A stretch of 64,000 nucleotides of DNA from Candidatus Gottesmanbacteria bacterium UBA6580 (lineage in GTDB: Bacteria > Patescibacteriota > Microgenomatia > UBA10105 > UBA927), in NCBI GenBank assembly GCA_002433895.1, contig DJJA01000003.1, positions 9,950 through 73,949 of the forward strand. The letters run 5' to 3'. Below the pieces are notes generated by a model, which saw only the letters and a list, made by a program, of their open reading frames with translations, was not told where the DNA came from and ran no database searches. Each line of letters begins with the position of its first letter. The first letter of the stretch is position 1. Shown one piece after another: positions 57,160 to 64,000 of this stretch. Both the position numbers and the translations under genes were made by a program.

Positions 57160-58545
57160 CTATAGGTCAAATGAATGTTCCTGCCATGCGGACTTAAGCA
57201 GTGACAAGTGTTCTGCGGGGAGATTATACGTATCGCCCCATTGCTCCAGAACAGTCTCCCGGAGGCTGGCAACTTCCCCGTCAGTTACGTGCATATCCGC
57301 ATACACCCGCAATAAACCCTCCGGAATATCTTTTGCTTCTTTTTTATACTTTTGCACACTTAACCACACCGCCAATCTCGCCTCATCGCGGGTACCCACG
57401 CACTCAAACGGCTTCACGGGGGTAAGCCCGACAAGTTCACGGATAAACCCGATAATCTCAGGGTGCACAAAAAAATCACTTCCAAATATGCGCGCTATAT
57501 CGGTAAATGATAAAAACGGAACAAGAACCAGATAGGTAAATGCGCACTTGGCACACATGCCGCACCACGCTCCTGTTTTGCTACCGACATTACAGCTCCG
57601 GAACAGGGGATAATACTGAGGGTATGTTGCGAACAATACTGCTATTTGCAGATCATTAAGCGGCCGGAGCAGGCTAAAATAAGCAGCAGACCCGGGTAAA
57701 AACTCAGCCACATACTGCCGGAAACTCTGTTCAAACCGAAAACTCTTGGAATATTGGTGATTAATCTCCATCCCGTGGAAAACGACATTGCCCTCATCAG
57801 CGCTTTTTTCATTTGCCACAATAACGTGCTCCTGGTTTGTCACCATTGCAACCGTTACTCCTAAAAATGCCAAATATGCAGAAAAGGGGGTATGACCGTT
57901 TAAGTATCCTTTCGCATTTAAATCGAGCAGTGTTGGGTCGATAGTGCGCTCTATTACAAGCGGCGCCTGGGAGGAAGACGCTTCCACCACCGCGAGTGCC
58001 GCTTTTGTGGGATTTACAATCATCGTGCGGAGCTTTCTACTGCCCTTTTTAAGTAACCCAAGGGCAACGGCTGAATCTTTGCCTCCCCCCACCAAAAAAA
58101 GATCACTTAAAGATGGAGATAGATTGTTGTTTCGCGCTAAATCAAATATTTGTGCATCTTTATCTGTGGTTGTGATAGTGAAAAAATTCTCGTGGGTAAA
58201 ATCTATGGAATTCCGGTAAAAAAATTCGCCTAGCCCATGAATAAATAAGTCATACCAAAACCGTACTTGTCCGGGTGATAACGGCTCGGCCTCCACCACA
58301 AACTCGGGCGGACAAGCAGCTTTCCAATAGCTTATTGCTTCAACCAGGCCCAGATGAAATGCGTACGGACGGAGCGTATCCACGTCAATGCTTCCATCAA
58401 TGGGGATGGTTACCCGTGGCCGAAATACGATATGAGGCTCGAGCAAAAACTCATGTTCGATGACAATAACGCCATCCAGTTTCGTGATGGAATATCTTTT
58501 ATAAACAAGCCGAGGATGATTAAGCCGCAGTTGTTCGAGCGTCAT
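57160..58545 (-). CDS. PP-loop (SGGxDS-type) ATPase-family protein with QueC-like C-terminal Cys cluster
   Basis: 461 aa; LVGGGKDS PP-loop at about residue 160 after an N-terminal extension; C-x10-CGMC-AKC cluster. Stop is 4 nt from the murD start, suggesting translational coupling. Confidence 0.5.
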   Translation of the reverse strand: MTLEQLRLNHPRLVYKRYSITKLDGVIVIEHEFLLEPHIVFRPRVTIPIDGSIDVDTLRPYAFHLGLVEAISYWKAACPPEFVVEAEPLSPGQVRFWYDLFIHGLGEFFYRNSIDFTHENFFTITTTDKDAQIFDLARNNNLSPSLSDLFLVGGGKDSAVALGLLKKGSRKLRTMIVNPTKAALAVVEASSSQAPLVIERTIDPTLLDLNAKGYLNGHTPFSAYLAFLGVTVAMVTNQEHVIVANEKSADEGNVVFHGMEINHQYSKSFRFEQSFRQYVAEFLPGSAAYFSLLRPLNDLQIAVLFATYPQYYPLFRSCNVGSKTGAWCGMCAKCAFTYLVLVPFLSFTDIARIFGSDFFVHPEIIGFIRELVGLTPVKPFECVGTRDEARLAVWLSVQKYKKEAKDIPEGLLRVYADMHVTDGEVASLRETVLEQWGDTYNLPAEHLSLLKSAWQEHSFDL

Positions 58546-58571
58546 GCCTTAGGTATTGTACCACTCCGGGA

Positions 58572-60200
58572 TTACGGAGCCACTTCCTGCCAGGTGACCG
58601 GCAGTTCTTTCATGGGGTCGGGCATAGTAAACAACAGCTGCGGATCGTAGATAAACAACTCAGCAGCGTGGGTGGTATTACCAGTGCCATACCCTTCTAA
58701 ATCACGCTGCAAAAGAAAGTCACCCGCTATAAACATGCCTTCGCCCACAAACCGGGCTGACGAAGCAGCAGTAGAAGTGCCGGTGTCAAAAGTGCCGGTA
58801 GGGGAAGTAATGTAGATACCCTGAAGCACGGGGGTTTGCGAGTTGTATGCTGTCCCGACTGCTGAATCTACCGCAATATCTCCATTGACAATAAATGCCA
58901 CGAAACCGGTCCCGGTAGTTGTAATGCTGCCGCCGATGGTGACATTACCGTCAACAATAAACACCACGGACTCGCCATCTCCCACCACCCAGTCACCAGC
59001 TGTAGTCATATCGCCCACGACATAATAGGGTGTTTCACTTGAGGTGGGTTTGTCGACCGCCAGCAAATCAGCAAACGCGTATGGCGTAGCCGGGGAACCA
59101 AAACGGCGATAGAAATAGTCGTAGTAATCAACCGTGGTGCGCGGCGCATAGGCAAGCCAATTGGTGGAAGATACATTGGTATTTCCCTGACCTGTCAATG
59201 CACTGTCAAAATCATAACTCGTACCGTACGCAACCACTCCGGGATACCCTCCTGTGCCATCTCGTACTACGACCGGGGTCGACGCGCCTGGCTGCACATA
59301 CGACCGGAGGATAGCTGATGCGTATACGTCACCTCCCTCAGCTTGAAACCATGGAGTACCTAACGAATATCCCACTGTCCAAATAAGTGTCGATCCGTCA
59401 ACCGTAAGTGATGCGGCGGTACCCGTACCACTTCCTGCCGGATTATCACGATTCCAACAGGCAAGCCGTTGAACATATTGGCTGGAAGCAGAGGGTACAA
59501 GATAAAAAACTGACCCGGATGCGCCCATCGGCACATTCGTCCATGATGAATAACTGCCATCACCGGCATTATTGCGCGTCGTGCCCGGCGGGGTTAACGA
59601 AAACGATGCGGGAATATACGTCGTGCTGCTATTTACATCTGCACAACTCGTCGCGTCTGATGGCACGAGTACCGCACGGGCGTTCACATTGCCGGTTATT
59701 GTACACGCACCACAATCAGACACGCATGTAGTGCATGTTTCGGTTCCATTGCATGCCAAATCACCGCAATAAGGCCCCGCTGTATCATCACCACCACCGG
59801 TATCGTCACCTCCGGTGCCTCCGCCGGTAGGGGGTGCAGCAGAACCACATGTGCCCGTTACGGCACCATCACATATGGTTGCTCCTGCACTCGTTGTATT
59901 ACAGCAAGTAACCACACCGCTCGTACCGGTCGTCCCATTCGGACACACATATTGATATGAGGTTTCCAGTATCCAGCCATCATACGTACCACACCCGCCA
60001 TAATCATCTTCATATGCCGTTCCGGTCCATATCATCTTCGGATAATCAGCGGTACAACTATATCGTGTTCCCCACACCCATGTATCGGTAGATCCGGTAA
60101 CTACAGCGCCAGTACAAACCTGTGTTTGCGCATACACCGTTGGCGTCGCTGATACGAAGAACAACAACAAAGCGATAATGGCGATAAATAGCTTCTTCAT
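58572..60200 (-). CDS. Secreted Cys/Gly/Thr-rich protein with C-terminal beta-helix-like repeat region
   Basis: ORF 58572..60227, with a start at MKKLF. Signal peptide; 20+ Cys in the N-terminal half; TGGGTGGDDTGGGDD low-complexity linker; C-terminal VDGNVTIGG.. repeats. Confidence 0.45.
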   Translation of the reverse strand: MKKLFIAIIALLLFFVSATPTVYAQTQVCTGAVVTGSTDTWVWGTRYSCTADYPKMIWTGTAYEDDYGGCGTYDGWILETSYQYVCPNGTTGTSGVVTCCNTTSAGATICDGAVTGTCGSAAPPTGGGTGGDDTGGGDDTAGPYCGDLACNGTETCTTCVSDCGACTITGNVNARAVLVPSDATSCADVNSSTTYIPASFSLTPPGTTRNNAGDGSYSSWTNVPMGASGSVFYLVPSASSQYVQRLACWNRDNPAGSGTGTAASLTVDGSTLIWTVGYSLGTPWFQAEGGDVYASAILRSYVQPGASTPVVVRDGTGGYPGVVAYGTSYDFDSALTGQGNTNVSSTNWLAYAPRTTVDYYDYFYRRFGSPATPYAFADLLAVDKPTSSETPYYVVGDMTTAGDWVVGDGESVVFIVDGNVTIGGSITTTGTGFVAFIVNGDIAVDSAVGTAYNSQTPVLQGIYITSPTGTFDTGTSTAASSARFVGEGMFIAGDFLLQRDLEGYGTGNTTHAAELFIYDPQLLFTMPDPMKELPVTWQEVAP

Positions 60201-60868
60201 AATTTTTCTTCGACGACAAACGGCCACGGGAAAATATTTCCCTGCAGGTAATCGCGTATATCTCTCACTATATCAATATCTCTGGCAGATCCAACACTAT
60301 CCTTTTCCTTAAAAGACGCGTTGTACATAATCATTGACACAAGTTGGATAAACTTTTGCCCGAGTTCGTCCTTGCCGAAATTTTTGTCTTTTGCAATATC
60401 AGCAACATTGAGATACACCGATATGATGAGTGTATCTCCTTCAATTGCATATTCCGCGCTTCCGGTACGGCGCACCGGCTCAAACGGACGCATTTCGGGC
60501 ATAAGGGAAGTCAATGGGAAATTAACATGTTCCACCAAGCGAAACGTTATGGATGTAATTGTCCGCCGGTTGAGACTGCTTTTGTCGATATGATAAATTG
60601 GATCAATCACGCCCTGATCATTAAATAACTGTAGTTTTGTCGTTAACCATTCAAGATACGCAGTGTCGACAAGACGTAAATCATAATCGGGAACAATGGA
60701 TTCGACTTTATATTTTTGTGAAATTACTGAGTTTGGCGCTCCGAATAAAGACTGAACGAAGCGCAAAAATGGAGGATATCGGTACGCGGCAATACCAAGG
60801 GGGATCAGCAAAACCAACACCGCCCCAACCATAAGGGCAACTTTGGTCGATCGGGTTAATTGCGTCAT
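60197..60868 (-). CDS. Hypothetical membrane-anchored protein (start probably MTQLTRS)
   Basis: ORF 60197..61084; TM ALMVGAVLVLLIPLGIAAY. Confidence 0.35.
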   Translation of the reverse strand: MTQLTRSTKVALMVGAVLVLLIPLGIAAYRYPPFLRFVQSLFGAPNSVISQKYKVESIVPDYDLRLVDTAYLEWLTTKLQLFNDQGVIDPIYHIDKSSLNRRTITSITFRLVEHVNFPLTSLMPEMRPFEPVRRTGSAEYAIEGDTLIISVYLNVADIAKDKNFGKDELGQKFIQLVSMIMYNASFKEKDSVGSARDIDIVRDIRDYLQGNIFPWPFVVEEKL

Positions 60869-60944
60869 AATTACTCCACTTATATAGAGCGTAGTATAAT
60901 AAGAAGTGAAACACAATAGTGCAGCAAGACGGCAGATATTTACT

Positions 60945-61346
60945 ATGAAAAAAATCGAATTCGGGAAAATTAGGAAAATCACGAAGGATATCATCCGCGG
61001 GGGAACTGCACTTGTTATTATGTTTGGGCTTTCAGGAAGTGCGCCGCGGGGTAGGTGTGTTTCTTTTTGGGAAGCAGCCAACATCGACTATACACCGGCG
61101 GTATGGAACGATGACGCCAGACTGTTTGAATCCGTATTCCGCCAAAAATCCAAACGGGGGGAAAGGGGATGGGTTTATGATATCGATAGAACCGGTAACA
61201 CCCGTCATCCGATCATTGTTTTTCCCATAGGCGCGGACGTTGCCGGCTATAGTGATACGACCACAATGCGCCGCGTCAGACTTCCTGACGGGACATTCAT
61301 AGATTCATACACCACGGAATATTGCCCCGTCGGCAACAGTCAATAA
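60945..61346 (+). CDS. Hypothetical secreted/membrane-anchored protein
   Basis: ORF 60906..61346, with a start at MKKIEFG. N-terminal hydrophobic segment. Confidence 0.35.
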   Translation: MKKIEFGKIRKITKDIIRGGTALVIMFGLSGSAPRGRCVSFWEAANIDYTPAVWNDDARLFESVFRQKSKRGERGWVYDIDRTGNTRHPIIVFPIGADVAGYSDTTTMRRVRLPDGTFIDSYTTEYCPVGNSQ

Positions 61347-61466
61347 TTACGTTGCACTCCACGAAAAACCCCACGGTCATATAATCCGTGTTCACAAAAC
61401 AAACTGCATCTATTACACTTTTCCAATCGGGAGTTGTAATTAAAAGAAGCCCTTGATGAAAAAGAT

Positions 61467-61504
61467 GCCAGTGCCGAGCCCGTAAACGGGTTATCGGCAC
61501 TGGC
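61467..61504. terminator. Bidirectional intrinsic terminator between convergent genes
   Basis: gccagtgccga[gcccgtaaacgggtt]atcggcactggc: an 11-bp outer stem with a nested inner hairpin. Confidence 0.5.
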
Positions 61505-61523
61505 CAGTGTTACCTCAGCGAGG

Positions 61524-62009
61524 CTATTTTGAATTACCGAGAGGAACAAAATTCCATGTTGTATAGAGCGTGTCGCCACTTGAATACAGAAAAATGTCTC
61601 CGGTGAATGTCTGGGTGGATTCGCTGGGAGTTCCCGCGAAAAACGTGTAGTCGAACGTGCCCGACATCTTCAGATTGTTGACTGCTGGATTCCACGTCAG
61701 GATGTGTGTCAAGCACTTGACCTGCCAGATATCATCTGCCTGCCGGATGCCATAGACATAGGTTCCTGCCCAATTGACGACGAACTGGTCACCCAGATTC
61801 GAAATCGAAAGAGGCAAAATATCTGCGACGGTCACCGACTGGTTGACATCAAGCTGGGTCCAAGAATGACCTGAAACCCGAACGAGCGGCACCACGGAAA
61901 CCGTAAGTGTCGTGGATTGACTGGCTTCAGCGGCTTGAACCTGCGGTTGTGTGAACAGCGTTAATATCATCCCCATTACAACAAACATTGTGGTGAGTTT
62001 ACTTTTCAT
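61524..62009 (-). CDS. Hypothetical secreted protein
   Basis: 161 aa; signal peptide with an AxA site (VQAAEA). Confidence 0.4.
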   Translation of the reverse strand: MKSKLTTMFVVMGMILTLFTQPQVQAAEASQSTTLTVSVVPLVRVSGHSWTQLDVNQSVTVADILPLSISNLGDQFVVNWAGTYVYGIRQADDIWQVKCLTHILTWNPAVNNLKMSGTFDYTFFAGTPSESTQTFTGDIFLYSSGDTLYTTWNFVPLGNSK

Positions 62010-62303
62010 TTGTGCTCCTTTATAGTCTTGACCGACTTCTTTTTAAATATGATTTAACTTCCCCTCTAAACTGCTAGGTAAAACCCAACAATACATGAGT
62101 TCCACATAGCAGTTTAGGGGGCGGAGACTTGGGAGATTATCACGCCATTTTTTCCACCTATCCGTTCGGTCTATAAGCTTCGCATTTGAAGCCACGACCG
62201 AACGCCTCGCTTTGTTAAGGTACAGCCTATAGTTTATCTAATTTCCCTATAAAAGTCAAATAATCTAGCCACCTTTACGGGAGAATTTGATTCGCTTAAG
62301 GCC

Positions 62304-62328
62304 AAAAAAAACCCGGCGGTCTGCCGGG
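62304..62328 (-). terminator. Rho-independent terminator downstream of the sugar transferase gene
   Basis: Minus strand: cccggcagaccgccggg followed by T8. Confidence 0.55.
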
Positions 62329-62439
62329 AAAATGGAGGACGGTGCGGAAGTAAATCCGAGAAACCAAATCCTGTTGTGGAATATTGCCTCCATCGCCCCT
62401 ATAGTATATAGGGGAAACGCATGGTCTTGTCAAGCTAAA

Positions 62440-63048
62440 TCACCGTTTTTCGATACCACGCCGGATCTCGCGACCCAACAACCACGCCACAAAGGGAATA
62501 AATTCCACAAGCAAGATGGTGTCACGCCAGACAGATTTATCTCTTGTATACGCGACATCATTCCTCATCCACGCGTCGAAATCCAAATGATATTTGCCGG
62601 TTAAAATCGCGGGGGATATTATCCCGGGTAGCACGCTCTCCCGCTCGCGCATCCATGGCTGTAATTTTTTTGCTTCGGAAAGGGGGAGTGGCCGCGGACC
62701 GACAAGCGCCATCTCCCCACGAAGCACGTTGATAATCTGCGGAAGCTCATCAAGGCCAATATGGCTTAATACTTTTCCTATACGGGTAAACCGGGGATCA
62801 TTATGGATTTTAAACACCGGACCATCAGATTCATTTTGCCTCCTGAACTGATGCTGTTTCTTTTCTGCAGATCGGACCATCGTTCTGAATTTATAAATCG
62901 TAAACAATTTCCCGTTTTTTCCAACCCGCACCTGACGAAAAATAACGGGAAACCCAGAAGTTAACGCAATGATGAGTGCTGTTACGGCAAGAACTGGCAA
63001 TAAACTTATGCCGACAAACACAACTGCGATAAAATAGAATATATTCAT
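62440..63048 (-). CDS. Polyprenyl-phosphate sugar phosphotransferase (bacterial sugar transferase family)
   Basis: ORF 62440..63132, with a start at MNIFYF. Single TM then a conserved C-terminal catalytic domain (GPRPL, DELPQ motifs). Confidence 0.75.
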   Translation of the reverse strand: MNIFYFIAVVFVGISLLPVLAVTALIIALTSGFPVIFRQVRVGKNGKLFTIYKFRTMVRSAEKKQHQFRRQNESDGPVFKIHNDPRFTRIGKVLSHIGLDELPQIINVLRGEMALVGPRPLPLSEAKKLQPWMRERESVLPGIISPAILTGKYHLDFDAWMRNDVAYTRDKSVWRDTILLVEFIPFVAWLLGREIRRGIEKR

Positions 63049-63440
63049 ACATCCATAACCCCTCTCAGTACCGGGGATACTCCCAAATCCAACCCATATG
63101 CGCATATAGCCGCCTCGTGGAAAATGGGTCATTGCGTGCTTTTGCGGACGCCGTCTCCACGCTCATATGTTTCCCATATAATCGATAATCCCTTCGTTAC
63201 ATCAGTCGTTGGTTACCAACCCGTGTCTCCCTAACGCGATATCCCCGTTGCAGAGCAGTACGGGCGATATTCGTTCTGATAAAATCAACTCCACTAAAAA
63301 ATACAATTTTCATTCTTCACTAATATGCATTCAGATTGTTGAATAAACACATTGTACTATACGCGTATCATACCCAATCAGTCTCACGAACGACATAGAC
63401 AAAATGCCACAGAGCCGCTAAAACTTGTATAATACGGCTC

Positions 63441-64000
63441 ATGATCAACCAGGCTTTACATTTTTGGGAACTTTTATGGGAAATGACAGAAAAGGAACTC
63501 CGTGCGCGCTACAAACATACTGTGTTTGGTTTCTTATGGCTCGTCGCAAACCCCGCATTGCAAATGTTGATTATCGGCTTCATATTTCCACTGTTTTTTG
63601 AAACTCAAATCGAGCATTACTCTTTCTACTTATTCACGGGACTGTTAGCATGGAACTTTTTCTCTCTATCACTCAGCAAAGCCACACCATCAATCGTGTT
63701 TGAGCGTTCGTTGGTAAAAAAGGCCATGTTTCCCCGTGCGGTAATCCCGCTTTCGATTGTCATGTCAAATTTCATCAACTACACTGTAGCGCTTGTCATA
63801 TTTCTCATACCAGTGCTTTTCCTCAATACACTCTCACTGAAATCTTGTATATTTTTCCTCGTCGGCATGACGGCGCTAGTTGTGCTTGCCGCAGGCATTA
63901 GTCTTCTTACCTCTGCACTAAATGTTCGGTATAGAGATATCAATTTTTTTGTCCAAGCATTACTTATTATTTGGTTTTATGCAACCCCCATCGTATATGC
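63441..64000 (+). CDS. ABC-2-type transporter permease (polysaccharide/teichoic-acid export type), 3' end beyond window
   Basis: Open frame from the ATG at 63441 to the window end; ELRARYKHTVFGFLWLVANP is the hallmark N-terminus of Wzm/TagG-type permeases; multiple TM segments. Confidence 0.65.
   Translation, partial: MINQALHFWELLWEMTEKELRARYKHTVFGFLWLVANPALQMLIIGFIFPLFFETQIEHYSFYLFTGLLAWNFFSLSLSKATPSIVFERSLVKKAMFPRAVIPLSIVMSNFINYTVALVIFLIPVLFLNTLSLKSCIFFLVGMTALVVLAAGISLLTSALNVRYRDINFFVQALLIIWFYATPIVY

Noticed and set aside
1-64000. CRISPR arrays, cas genes, restriction-modification or other recognisable defense systems, transposases or prophage blocks
   Set aside because: No short direct-repeat arrays with uniform spacers, no Cas, methyltransferase or transposase motifs found by eye. 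Fic and the GIY-YIG protein are isolated single genes.

Overview
This is a gene-dense bacterial window (about 50% GC) with short, often overlapping genes and many small membrane or secreted hypothetical proteins. It combines an ATP-dependent DNA ligase and endonuclease Q with shortened aaRSs and an rpmH-rnpA-yidD-yidC-jag-type block, which fits a reduced-genome (CPR/Patescibacteria-like) lineage; that placement is inference only. Core genes recognised from motifs include gdhA, trxB, trxA, pth, recF, ftsH, trpS, valS, efp/epmA, rplY, rnhA, rpmH/rnpA/yidD/yidC/jag and murD. There is a copper-homeostasis island (csoR, two cupredoxin-domain proteins, copA P1B-ATPase, copZ, DsbD-like membrane protein) with a CsoR-type operator. 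Cell-envelope glycosyltransferase, flippase and O-antigen-ligase genes are present. Two tRNA(CAU) genes flank a GIY-YIG protein and an RRM-RGG RNA-binding protein, and a T-box-like leader precedes valS. The most unusual locus is at 1..4633 on the minus strand: three tandem, diverged copies of a two-gene cassette (acidic ~105-118 aa helical protein plus ~165-176 aa protein with a Gly/Ala-rich hydrophobic C-terminal half) sit directly upstream of an ABC ATPase carrying a ~520 aa non-canonical N-terminal domain. No CRISPR array, prophage or transposase was seen.
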